A stretch of 64,000 nt of DNA from Hemiscyllium ocellatum (taxonomy: Eukaryota). Below, one piece after another: positions 33,376 to 45,986 of the stretch (positions within the stretch are counted from its first letter, which is position 1; each line of letters starts with the position of its first letter). The notes beneath the pieces were generated by a model. The model worked only from the letters and a program-made list of their open reading frames with translations. It searched no databases and was not told where the DNA came from. The translations under genes were made by a program, and so were the position numbers. The stretch covers positions 35,818,121-35,882,120 of the forward strand of contig NC_083435.1 of assembly GCF_020745735.1 (NCBI RefSeq), given 5' to 3'.

Positions 33376-33966
33376 CTGTCAGTGACCAAGCAGGGATCAA
33401 TCATCAGTAATTAATAGATAATCACCCACTGTCTGATCAGAGAGGAAAGGGGGTGCAGTATCAGACTGAAATAAAGAGACCAGGAGTTGGTGGGGATTTG
33501 TTGCAAATGACCATAATCACAAAACACCGATAATGTTGGTTTGACATTGAGACAAAGCCTGGATCTTACAGTAAGCCAGGTTTGCATTCCATCTTGTACC
33601 CAATCTCCACTGCACAATAAGGAGGAGAAATGTGTGCCAGTTCTCTGACAGAGAGTGCAGTACATTTGTTCTGTTTGGTCTTTGGAGGTAAGATGTACTT
33701 GTGGCTAAGGTGAGGCCCTTCAGGAGGTAGATGCATTAATCAGGCATTGTAGGGTCAATGATGAGACACATTCACTATCAAACTACTCTTCACTTACAGC
33801 TCACCCCTTGACCAACAATATACAGCCTCAAACAGGAAACCTGGCTAGCATGGATGAGTTGGGCTGAAGGGTCTGTTCACTGTATGATTCTTTGAATCTA
33901 TGAGCAATCATGTCCATTCTATTGAACAGGACAATTTCACTTCTTGGAAGCAGAACAGATATTGAT

Positions 33967-34260
33967 ACGGTGGCTCAGTGGTTAGCACTGCTGCCTCACA
34001 GCACCAGGAACCCAGGTTAGATTCCAGCCTTGCGTGACTGGATGGAGTTTGTACATTCTCTCCGTGTCTGTGTGGGTTTCCTCCGGGTGCTCCGGTTTCC
34101 TCCCACAGTCCAAAGATGTGCAGGTCAGGTGAATTGTGCAGAGTGTTAGGTGCATTAGTCAGAGGGAAATGGGACTGGGTGGTTTACACTTCGGAGGGTC
34201 GGTATGGACTTATTGGGCTGAAGGGCCTGTTTCCACATTGTAGGGAATCTAATCTAAAAA
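33967..34260 (+). mobile_element. HE1-type SINE
   Basis: ACGGTGGCTCAGTGGTTAGCACTGCTGCCTCACAG head and AATCTAATCTAAAAAAA tail. Confidence 0.88.
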
Positions 34261-34510
34261 AACCAGTGTTGCTTGTAGTCACCAATTCTCAAATGTATTA
34301 TAAAGTTCTCATGACTACACAAGGTCTCTGAGCTGTTTCCCTCTCACAGTGAACTGTAAGTAACTGTAACATGTGCACTGACATTCACTGCTGTCTTTCA
34401 TGGTGACAGATGGGATGGGAGCTGGGTTGTAACATGGAGGACGTATTCATCCCATGGTTATAATATCCCAATGTTTGTGAGTGCCATAACTTATGTTGGG
34501 TGTAATGTGT

Positions 34511-35972
34511 CACAGCTGAAAATGTGTTGCTGGTTAAAGCACAGCAGGTCAGGCAGCATCTCAGGAATAGGAAATTCGACGTTTTGAGCATAAGCCCTTT
34601 ATCAGGAATGAGGAGAGTTTGCCAAGCAGGCTAAGATAAAAGGTAGTGAGGAGGGACTTGGGGGAGGGGCGATGGAGGTGGGATAGGTGGAAGGAGGTCA
34701 AGGTGAGGGTGATAGGCCGGAGTGGGGTGGGGGCGGAGAGGTCAGGAAGAGGATTGCAGGTTAGGAGGGCGGTGCTGAGTTGAGGGAACCGACTGAGACA
34801 AGGTGGGGGGAGGGGAAATGAGGAAACTGGAGAAATCTGAATTCATTCCTTGTGGTTGGAGGGTTCCCAGGCGGAAGATGAGGCGCTCTTCCTCCAGCCG
34901 TCGTGTAGTTGTGTTCTGCTGGTGGAGGAGTCCAAGGACCTGCATGTCCTCGGTGGAGTGGGAGGGAGAGTTAAAGTGTTGAGCCACGGGGTGATTGGGT
35001 TGGTTGGTCCGGGTGTCCCAGAGGTGTTCCCTGAAGCGTTCCGCAAGTAAGCGGCCTGTCTCCCCAATATAGAGGAGGCCACATCGGGTGCAGCGGATGC
35101 AATAGATGATGTGTGTGGAGGTACAGGTGAACTTGTGGCGGATATGGAAGGATCCCTTGGGGCCTTGGAGGAAGTGAGTGTGGAGGTGTGGGCGCAAGTT
35201 TTACATTTCCTGCGGTTGCAGGGGAAGGTGCCGGGGGTGGAGGTTGGGTTGGTGGGGGGTGTGGACCTGACGAGGGAGTCACAAAGGGAGTGGTCCTTGC
35301 GGAACGCTGATAGGGGAGGGGAGGGAAATATATCCTTGGTGGTGGGGTCCGTTTGGAGGTGGCGGAAATGACGGCGGATGATACGTTGTATGCGGAGGTT
35401 GGTGGGGTGGTAGGTGAGAAACAGTGGGGTTCTGTCTTGGTGGCGGTTGGAGGAGCGGGGCTCAAGGGCAGAGGAGCGGGAAGTGGAGGAGATGCGGTGG
35501 AGGGCATCATCGATCACGTCTGGGGGGAATCTGCAGTCCTTGAAGACGGAGGCCATCTGGGCTGTGCGGTGTTGGAACTGGTCCTCCTGGGAGCAGATGC
35601 GGTGGAGACGAAGGAATTGGGAATATGGGATGGAGTTTTTACAGGGGGCAGGGTGGGAGGAGGTGTAGTCCAGGTAGCTGTGGGAGTCAGTCGGTTTATA
35701 GTAGATGTCTGTGTTGAGTCGGTCACCCGAGATAGAGATGGAAAGGTCTAGGAAGGGGAGGGAGGAGTCTGAGACAGTCCAGGTGAATTTGAGGTCGGGA
35801 TGGAAGGTGTTAGTAAAGTTGATGAACTGTTCAACCTCCTCGTGGGAGCACGAGGCAGCGCTGATACAGTGATGAACGGTTCAACCTCCTCGTGGGAGCA
35901 CGAGGCAGCGCCGATACAGTGATGAACTGTTCAACCTCCTCGTGGGAGGATGAACTGTTCAACTTCAACCTC
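34511..35972 (-). mobile_element. Penelope-like element, RT C-terminus + GIY-YIG endonuclease + terminal region
   Basis: ORFs 34843-35556 and 34742-35197 give GTFPCNRRKCKTC and IYCIRCTRCGLLYIGETGRLLAERFREHL (GIY-YIG), with one frameshift. Decayed hammerhead-like motif near 34577-34610. Confidence 0.9.
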
Positions 35973-36265
35973 TGTAATGTATCAGAGGTGCATGTAGATG
36001 CATTGCACAGCCTTCTCCTTGGAAGACCCATGATCACTGTATTGCAGTCTGTACTCAAACCTCATTGTTGTTTGGTGCAACCATTCAGGCATCACATGAC
36101 TGAGAAGCTGTACTATTTCTAATATTTCCCACATCGAATCATCACAACCATCCAGAAAGGGTCCAGCAATGAAGATACTAGTGTTTTTTTGGCATTGTCC
36201 AAAGACAGAACAGAAAAATTCAGGTGCTAGAAAGCTAAGAGCGAGTCTCAGGCCAGAATAACATC

Positions 36266-36702
36266 CAGCAACTATCAAGAATGGCTAAACAGGTTTAACC
36301 TGTATCCATTCGGGTTTACTAGAATGGGAGGTGATAGTATTGAAACATACCACATTTTGAGAGTGGGTAAATGTTCAGAAGGCATTTTCATTAATTGGGA
36401 ATCTTGAACAAGGGGGCATAGTTACAGAAAAATGAGACACTCATTTCGAATGGAGGTGGAAATGAATTTCTTCTCCCAGAGGATGGTGAATGTCTGGAAT
36501 TCTCTATCCCAGAGATTTACAGAGGCTAGAATACTGAAAACATTTAAAAAGTGGAGGGAGATAGGTTTTTGAAATAGTAGGTAGCTGAGGGTGATGAGGA
36601 GATGAGACCTGAGACAGATCAGCTATGACCTTGTAAATGACAGGCCAGGCTGAAGAAGGGGCTAACTGCTTCCTGCTGCTCCGATTTCTCATATTCTCGT
36701 GA
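36266..36702 (+). mobile_element. CR1-clade LINE 3' fragment, copy B
   Basis: Duplicate of 640-1076. Confidence 0.7.
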
Positions 36703-37172
36703 AATCAGGTCTAAGTCCCCATTCCCCTTCGGGCCTTGTCAGTAATGTAAAGCACCATCAGCCAGACTGATGGAGTGCAGCTCTGTGTATGTTATCGGCT
36801 GCCACGGAGTATGTACTGGCCCAGAGTCTCCATGGCAACTGCTAAACTCTCCATGGAGACAATCAGACACATGGTATGTAGACCCAGCCCAGAAAAACTA
36901 ACATCGATGGACTCTTCTAACCTTCAATCCAATGTCTCTGAACAAACCTGCCCGCTGCTGCTATGCCTGTACAGTTTAGTGAAATCATGACTGACCAATC
37001 ACCTGCTCCCTGGGACTGAGCAGGCACTCAGTCTCTGACCATCCTCCAAATGCCAGGGGCCTGGGCTGTTCCTTCCACAACCCACTGCAGAGACGTGCCA
37101 GAGATGTGCCCACCAGAATGTGGGGCTGTGTTAACGGGAGAAAGAGATCCCACTGCAGTGAATGTTACTCAC

Positions 37173-37303
37173 CTGGTGGGGAGTGGGAGAGGGGGTTCAG
37201 TTGGTGCACCCTCTGAGGGTGTAGTGACGCCTCCCCAGCAGTGGAGGAGGAGCTGACACACGGAGGGGTTTGCCTCTTTGGGTGGGGGCTGTGTGGCTGC
37301 TGC
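37173..37303 (-). other. Orphan exon-like segment, copy B
   Basis: Duplicate of 1547-1677. Confidence 0.4.
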
Positions 37304-37848
37304 CTGTAAAAGGGAAGAGTGGGCATTCATTGTCCAATAGGTTTGTGTATACTAAGATGTTGACAGTGCTGGTGATGGATGTACAGAGCAGTCCAGATTA
37401 ATGTAGCTCACTGGGTCACCAAGACATGCAGCTATCAGTATTTCCACATGAATGGTTACACTCCTCTCCAGCAATGTCGAGGGTCTTCTCCACTTTGGGA
37501 CTAAGGAGTCAAACGGTGGTGAGCTGTCACTTCCACCTTGGTTTGGTCAGCCTGAAGGTATGAGAAATTCTCCAGCAATGTGACAAAGAAAGGGAACACC
37601 AACTTAATATTTCCAATCTGATGTGACTCTTTTTTGGAACTCAGCATTCGGAACGGAATTACAAAGATGAGCCAGACTGAACTCAAAATGTTCGGTCTGT
37701 GTTTCTGTCCCCACAGATGTTGCTTGACCTGCTGAGTTTCTCCAGCACTTTCTGCTTTTATTTCAGATCTTCAGCAGCTGCAGTGCTTTGCTTTGGTTTG
37801 AGGCAAAGGGAGGGATTGAGTCAGATGACAATGCATGGAGGAGCAGTT

Positions 37849-39855
37849 CATAAGACCATAAGACCATAAGACATAGGAGTGGAAGTAAGGCCATTTGGCC
37901 CATCGAGTCCACTCCGCCATTCAATCATGGCTGATGGGCATTTCAACTCCCCTTACCCGCATTCTCCCTGTAGCCCTTAATTCCTCGTGACATCAAGAAT
38001 CTATCAACCTCTGCCTTGAAGACATTTAGCGTCCCGGCCTCCATTGCACTCTGCGGCAATGAATTCCACAGGCCCACCACTCTCTGGCTGAAGAAATGTC
38101 TCCGCATTTCTGTTCTGAATTGACCCCCTCTAATTTTAAGGCTGTGTCCACGAGTCCAAGTCTCCTCTCCTAACGGAAACTATTTCCTAGCGTTCACCCT
38201 TTCCAAGCCATGTATTATCTTGTACGTTTCTATTAAGTCTCCCCTCAATCTTCTAAACTCCAATGAATACAATCCCAGGATCCTCAGCTGTTCCTCGTAT
38301 GTTAGACCAACCATTCCAGGGATCATCCGTGTGAATCTCCGCTGGACACGTTCCAGTGCCAGTATGTCCTTCCTGAGGTGTGGGGACCAAAACTGGACAC
38401 AGTATTCCTAATGGAACCTAACCAGAGCTTTATAAAGTCTCCATAGCACAACAGTGCTTTTATATTCCAACCCTCTTGAGATATGTGACAACATTGCATT
38501 CGCTTTCTTAATCACGGACTCAACCTGCATGTTTACCTTTAAAGAATCCTTGACTAGTACTCCCAGATCCCTTTGTACTTTGGCTTTACGAATTTTCTCA
38601 TCGTTTAGAAAGTAGTCTATGCTTTATTCTTTTTGCCAAAGTGCAAGACCTCGCATTTGCTCACGTTGAATTCCATCAGCCATTTCCTGGACCACTCTCC
38701 CAAACTGTCTAGATCCTTCTGCAGCCTCCCCACTTCCTCAGTACTACCTGCCTATCCACCTAACTTCGTATCATCGGCAAACATCGCTAGAATGTCCCTA
38801 GTCCCTTCATCCAAATCATTAATATATAATGTGAACAGCTGTGGCCCCAACATTGAACCCTGCAGGACACCGCTCGTCACCGGCTGCCATTCTGAAAAAG
38901 AAACTTTTATCCCAACTCTCTGCCTTCTGTCAGACAGCCAATCCTCAATCCATCCCAGTAGCTCACCTTGAACACCATGGGCCCTCACCTTGCTCAGCAG
39001 CCTCCCGTGTGGCACCTTATCAAAGGCCTTTTGGAAGTCTAGATAGACCACATCCACTGGGTTTCCCTGGTCTAACCCACTTGTCACCTCTTCAAAGAAT
39101 TCCAACAGGTTTGTCAGGCATGACCTCCCCTTACTAAATCCATGTTGACTTGTTCTAATCAGACTCTGCTCTTCCAAGAATTTAGAAACCTCATCCTTAA
39201 TGATGGATTCTAGAATTTTACCAACAACCGAGGTTAAACTGATTGGCCTATAATTTTCCATCTTTTGTGTTGATCCTTTCTTGAACAAGAGGGTTACAAC
39301 AGCAATCTTCCAATCATCCGGGACTTTCCCTGACTCCAGTGACTCTTGAAAGATGTCAATCAATGCCTCCACTATTTCCTCAGCCACCTCTCTCAGAACT
39401 CTAGGATGTATCCCATCGGGGCCAGGAGATTTATCAATTTTAAGACCTTTTAGCTTTTCTAGCACTTTCTCTTTTGTAACGGCAACCATACTCAACTCAG
39501 CCCCCTGACTCCCTTTAATTGTTGGGATATTACTCATGTCTTCCACTGTGAAAACTGACGCAAAGTACTTGTTAAGTTCTCCTGCTATTTCCTTATCTCC
39601 CATTACTAGGCTTCCAGCATCAGTTTGAAGTGGCCCAATGTCTACTTTTGCCTGTCGTTTGTTTCTTATGTATTGAAAGAAACTTTTACTATCATTTCTA
39701 ATATTACTGGCTAGCCTACCTTCATATTTGATCCTCTCCTTTCTTATTTCTCTCTTTGTTATCCTCTGTTTGTTTTTGTAACCTTCCCAATCTTCTGATT
39801 TCCCACTGCTCTTGGCCACTTTATAGGATCTCTCTTTTTCTTTAATAGATTTCCA
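37849..39855 (-). mobile_element. CR1-clade LINE, copy B
   Basis: Duplicate of 2223-4230, with an extra 1-nt deletion in a T-run near 38622. Confidence 0.95.
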
Positions 39856-42249
39856 TGACAATGCAAGAGCAGGAGAGGTGGTGAAATATCCCCAGTGAGG
39901 GAGTAAGAAACACAGAGGGCAGGTAGGGTTAGTCATTTAGGAGGATGAAGTGGGTGAGAGTCAGTGAGAGGTGATGCTATGAATAATGGTGACAGTTGTA
40001 AACCATGAGCCTTTTGAGCTTCCTGTGCAGTGATTATGGAGAAGCAGAGTGAAGGTGGTGACACTTACACCAGCAGCGTAAAGAATATCAGCAACTTTCT
40101 TCCAGCACTGCTGTGCCTTTATATGCTTGCACAAAGTGGAACTGACTTGGGTGACTGCATTAATCCAGGCTCCCTGGATCTGGGGGCAAGGCCTCCTTTA
40201 TCAGTCAGCAGGATACATCACTGCCCTCCTCTCTACTGTCTAGTCCCCCAGCAAAGGATTCTGGGTAATCCAAGATGGAGGACAGGAAAGCTTTCTGGCT
40301 GTAAGAGCTGCTCCTTTTTGTGAAGTATTTTAGGTGCTGGAGGTGATTTTCTCGAATTCCAGGAGCAGCAATTACTGTTTTATTTGCTGTTGCATTGTTT
40401 TGGAACTTTGGGGGGAAAAAAAGTCAAAACAACAGCAGTTTTTAAAGGGAGAAGAACAGACAAAGGAAGCACATGGTGAGGACATTGCAGGGGGGAGAGA
40501 GAGAGAGAGAGAGAGAACCTGCACAGTACTGCCTTTGCTGAATTTGAATTCATGTGTCGCTGGATATCGGAGTGCGTCTGGGAAAATTAACAAACAGTGA
40601 ATTTCACAACTAAACTTGGAGCAACCTGTTAGCTGCCAGAGGATGTGGTGGAGGCTGGTACAATTGCAACACTTAAGAGGCATTTGAATGGGTATATGAA
40701 TAGGAAGGGTTTGGAGGAATATGGGCCGGGTGCTGGTAGGTGGGACTAGATTGGGTTGGGCTATCTGGTCGGCATGGATGGGTTGGACCGAAGGGTCTGT
40801 TTCTGTGCAGTACATCTCTATGACTCCATGACTCTCTAACTCCAGGTCCCTGTCAATGAAGCTTCACATCCTCATTGGAGCAGAACAGTGAGAGGGCAGT
40901 CTCAGGCTTCGAGGTTTTGAAGTGTTGGGGAACTGGATGTTAAACATGACTCCAGCATCGAAGCAACTCAAGGCCCCTGTGCAGTGGTAATTATCTCCGG
41001 TAAGATCCGAAAGCCCAAAAGGACATCTAACTGTTAATTAATGAACAGCAAAGCATAGAATTGTACAACACAAGTCACCATGGGTCATGGTGGGAAATTC
41101 ATCAAGAAACCTCCGGAAATCTACACACAGCTTCAAAAGGAGAAGCTTCAGCCCCGTAACCTGTTATTGATCATCTCCACTTCCTTATCTCTGAGGTATT
41201 TAATTTAGAGATCCCCATCTCTTTTCATATTTGCTCCTGGATTCATATCGTCCATTCTGTAACACGGGAGAGTATTGATCTCCCCCCTTTATGTATGAAT
41301 GGACACTGAGACCCCGTGAGATGACAGAATTCCCCAACAATTCTCCTGGAGGATCACAACCACCTGACTGGATTCTTACTTGCACAATCTCAAATCTGTC
41401 CCCAGGGGAGCTGGTGGTAACATGGTACTGTCACGAGATTTGTAATCCTGAGGTTTAGGTTAATGTTCAGGGGACACATGTTCAACTTAACCAAAGCAGC
41501 TGGTGGAATTTAAACTGCAAGAATAAATCTGGATTCTGAAGCTAATCTTGGTTGTGGTGACCATAGCAATTTTCATTGTTTTAAAAACCTATCTTTTCAG
41601 AAAGGAAATGGCCATCCACACCCAGAGTAGCCAAAATATGATTCCTGACTGACCTTCTTAATGGTCCTTAAACTATCCAGTTGGAATAGTCAGGGATGGA
41701 GAGCAAATGCTGCCTTATATGTATAATGTCTAAAGAGATGTAAATCTCCTGATCTTCATTCCCAGTGATCATTATTCTGAAAGATTGAACATAGTTATTG
41801 GTAAGGATAAGGCTGGTCCTCAGGTGAAAGGGCGAAACTGGGTAAAGGATAATTCCAAACGGATTTGGCAGGAATTGGAGAAATTAGATTGCGGGGGACT
41901 GTTTGATGGTCAATCCACATCTGACATGTGGGAAGACTTTTTAAGGCCAGTTGATCAGAATTCAGGACCAGCCTGTTCCTGTGAGGATGAAAAATAAGGA
42001 TGACGAGATTTGGGAATCCTGGATGATAAGAAATATTGAAAGATTAGTTAAAAATGAGAAGCAAAGTATGTTACGTTTAAGAAACTGAAATCAGACAAAG
42101 CAATTGAGAAGATAAAGGAAGTAAAGAAGTATTTAAATAAGGAATTAAGAGCAATAAAATGGGCCATGAGGTGTCCTTGGCAATCAGGATTTAGGAAAAT
42201 CCCAAAGCATTTTATACATATATTAGAAAGTGAGCAACTACGGAAAGGG

Positions 42250-43753
42250 CAGTGTGGGGGTTAATGGGGTGGATCATCTACAGAGAGCCCAGTGTGGGGG
42301 TTAATGGGGTGGGTCATCTACAGAGAGCTCAGTGTGGGGGTTAATGGGGTGGGTCATCTACAGAGAGCTCAGTGTGAGGATTAATGGAGTGGGTCATCTA
42401 CAGAGAGCCCAGTATGGTGGTTATTGGTTTGGGTCATGTACAGAGAGGCCAGTGTGGGGGTTAATGGGGTGGGTCATGTACAGGGAGCCCAGTGTGGGGG
42501 TTAATGGGGTGGGTCATGTACAGAGAGCCCAGAGTGAGGGTTAATGGAGAGGGTCATGTACAGAGAGCCCAGTGTGGGGATTAATGGAGTAGATTGTGTA
42601 CAGAGAGCCCAGTGTGGGGATTAATGGAGTAGATTATGTACAGAGAGCCCAGTGTGGGGATTAATGGAGTAGATTGTGTACAGAGAGCCCAGTGTGGGTG
42701 TTAATGGAGTAGATTGTGTACAGAGAGCCCAGTGTGGGGATTAATGGAGTAGATTGTGTACAGAGAGCCCAGTGTGGGGATTAATGGAGTAGATTGTGTA
42801 CAGGGAGCCCAGTGTGGGGGTTAATGGGGTGGGTCATGTACAGGGAGCCCAGTGTGGGGGTTAATGGAGAGGGTCATGTACAGAGAGCCCAGTGTGGGGA
42901 TTAATGGAGTAGATTGTGTACAGAGAGCCCAGTGTGGGGATTAATGGAGTAGATTATGTACAGAGAGCCCAGTGTTGGGGTTAATGGAGTCGATTGTGTA
43001 CAGAGAGCCCAGTGTTGGGGTTAATGGAGTAGATTGTGTACAGAGAGCCCAGTGTGGGGGTTAATGGAGTAGAGTGTGTACAGAGAGCCCAGTGTGGGGG
43101 TTAATGGGATGGGTCATGTACAGGGAGCCCAGTGTGGGGATTAATGGAGTAGATTGTGTACAGAGAGCCCAGTGTGGGTGTTAATGGAGTAGATTATGTA
43201 CAGAGAGCCCAGTGTGGGGATTAATGGAGTAGATTGTGTACAGAGAGCCCAGTGTGGGGATTAATGGAGTAGATTGTGTACAGAGAGCCTAGTGTGGGTG
43301 TTAATGGAGTAGATTGTGTACAGAGAGCTCAGTGTGGGGGTTAATGGAGTAGATTGTGTACAGACAGCCCAGTGTGGGTGTTAATGGAGTAGATTGTGTA
43401 CAGAGAGCCCAGTGTGGGTGTTAATGGAGTAGACTGTGTACAGAGAGCCCAGTGTGGGGGTTAATGGAGTAGACTGTGTACAGAGAGCCCAGTGTGGGGG
43501 TTAATGGAGTAGATTGTGTACAGAGAGCCCAGTGTGGGGGTTAATGGAGTAGATTGTGTACAGAGAGCCCAGTGTGGGGTTTAATGGAGTAGATTGTGTA
43601 CAGAGAGCCCAGTGTGGGGGTTAATGGAGTAGATTGTGTACAGAGAGCCTAGTGTGGGGTTTAATGGAGTAGATTGTGTACAGAGAGCCCAGTGTGGGGT
43701 TTAATGGAGTAGACTGTGTACAGAGAGCCCAGTGTGGGGGTTAATGGAGTGGG
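42250..43753. repeat. 40-bp minisatellite, copy B
   Basis: Same unit count as copy A, with a few substitutions. Confidence 0.98.
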
Positions 43754-44709
43754 GTACATCTTAAGATCAGCCAAAATAGGAACAGAAGGAGGTCATTCGG
43801 TTCCTCCTCCATTCAATAGGATCGTGGTTGGTCTGACAATCTTCACATTAAGTTTGTTGCCTTTTTCACATTACTCTTAATCTCATCCTGATCAAGAAAC
43901 TATCTCAGCCTGAAAAACCCACAAGGATTCTACCCCACAGTTGTCTGTAGCAAGGAGTTTCAAACTCCCCGAAGCCTCTGAGAAAAGAAATGTCTCCTTA
44001 ATTTAAATTGGAACCCCTTTCATTCTGAGACAATACCTTTTGAGTCCTCAGCTCTCTCTTGAGGGAAACGTTCTTTCAGCATTGATGATGTGAATCTCCT
44101 TAAGAATGGTACATGTGACCATGTGATCACCTCTCATCCCTCAAAACTGCAGGGAGAAGAGTCCCAACCTGGTGAAGCTTTTCTCACAAAACAATCCTTC
44201 CATACCAGGGATTATCCCAGCAAACCTTCCCTGACCTGCCTCCAAATCTGTGATATCTGTCCTTAAATCAGGGATCCGAAACTGCTTACCCTGCTTCAGT
44301 GATCCCACAGCACTAGGTACAGTTGCATTTAGACCTCTCAACTCTTCGACTCCAAGCCCCTTGAAACAATGGCCAGTATTCCATTTACCTTCCTGATTAC
44401 CTGCTCTTCCTGTGTGCTCGCTTTCTGTGTTTCCTGCACAAGGATCCCTTAGCGTTCTGCAGTTTTTCTCCATTTAACTGATATTGTGTTCTTTTGTCCC
44501 CCTTCCAAAATGAATACGTTCACGTATTCCCACGTTGTACTCCTTTTGTCCACTTATTTATTCTTTTGATATTTTTCCATCAAGTCTATATCGCAACTTG
44601 CTTTCTCATTTAATGTTCATGGGAGATAATGGTTGTGTAGAGAGCCCAGTCTAGGGGTTAATAGAGTCGGTCATACAGAGAGTCCAGTCTTGGGGGTTAA
44701 TGCAATGGA

Positions 44710-45115
44710 TGAGAAATGAATCATCTCAGACTGCCTCCATGTGAGCTGATTGCAGTTCACTGCTTAATTCATCAAGAGGATCCGTCCACACAGACCCTAC
44801 TGCTGAGCACCATCATGTCAAAAGGAGCATTAAGCTTTAACCTTATTAAAAGTGGACATTTAAATAGCCATCAGTTGAAAGAGTTACCGAAAGCCTTGGA
44901 ATCAGAGTTCAGTGAGTTAATGTACTTTTATGAAGAGAAATGACTCCTCCACAGTGGGAGGACGAGGCTGATGTGATTTCACAAACTGAGGCGCAAAGTG
45001 AATATTTTCATGAAGACAAAGGAAAAAGCTGCTTCTGACCTGAGTGAGAGCAAGTGACTGCGATACTGGGCAGTACCTGCCTGACCTCAGTGTCACATTG
45101 CAAGTTCCTAATCAT
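44710..45115 (+). mobile_element. hAT transposase fossil, copy B
   Basis: Duplicate of 9085-9490. Confidence 0.75.
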
Positions 45116-45123
45116 CCTCATGT

Positions 45124-45986
45124 TTTTGCAAGGTTTGTGAAGGTTTGTAGCTCAGGTTGAGGTTTAGGGTGTAGGTTTGCTCGCTGAGCTGTAGGTTTGA
45201 TATCCTGACGTTTCAGTACCTGGCTACGTAACATCATCAGTGGCGACCTCCAAGTGAAGCGAAGCTGTTGTCTCCTGCTTTCTATTTATATCTTTCTCCT
45301 GGATGGGGTTCCTGGGGTTTGTGGTGATGTCATTTCCTGTTCGTTTTCTGAGGAGTTGATAGGTGGTATCTAGATCTATGTGTTTGTTTATGGCGTTGTG
45401 GTTGGAGTGCCAGGCCTCCAGGAATTCTCTGGGATGTCTTTGCTTAGCCCGTCCCAGAATAGATGTGTTGTCCCAGTCGAAATTGTGTTTTTTTTCATCC
45501 GTGTGTAGGGATACGAGGGAGAGAGGGTCATGTTATTTTGTGGCTAGCTGGTGTTCGTGTATCCTGCAGCACAGATGAACTTCAGAAAACAGAGGAGAAC
45601 CATCTATACAACGTATTCAAGAAGAACGGATACTCAAAAAATACAGTGCGCAGATTCCTCAGGAACAAACCACGACAAGCAGACCAAACACAGCCAGAAA
45701 CCCTAACCACCTTACCTTACTTCAAAGAAATTTCAGAAATGACAGCCAGACTACTAAGACCCCTCGGAATCCTAGTAGCACACAAACCCACCAACACTCT
45801 CAAACAAAAACTAACAAACTTTAAAGACCCAATACAACCCATGGACAAAACCAATGCCATCTACAAAATTCCATGTAAGGACTGCCACAAACACTACGTA
45901 GGACAAACAGGAAGAAAGTTAGCCACCAGGATACACGAACACCAGCTAGCCACAAAAAGACACATCCCTCTCTCCCTCATAGCCCT
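45124..45986. mobile_element. Penelope-like element with inverted arrangement, copy B
   Basis: Duplicate of 9499-10361. Confidence 0.9.

Noticed and set aside
33411-33700. Missing minus-strand alpha1 exon upstream of alpha2
   Set aside because: All three minus frames were inspected and none gives a convincing alpha1 alignment.
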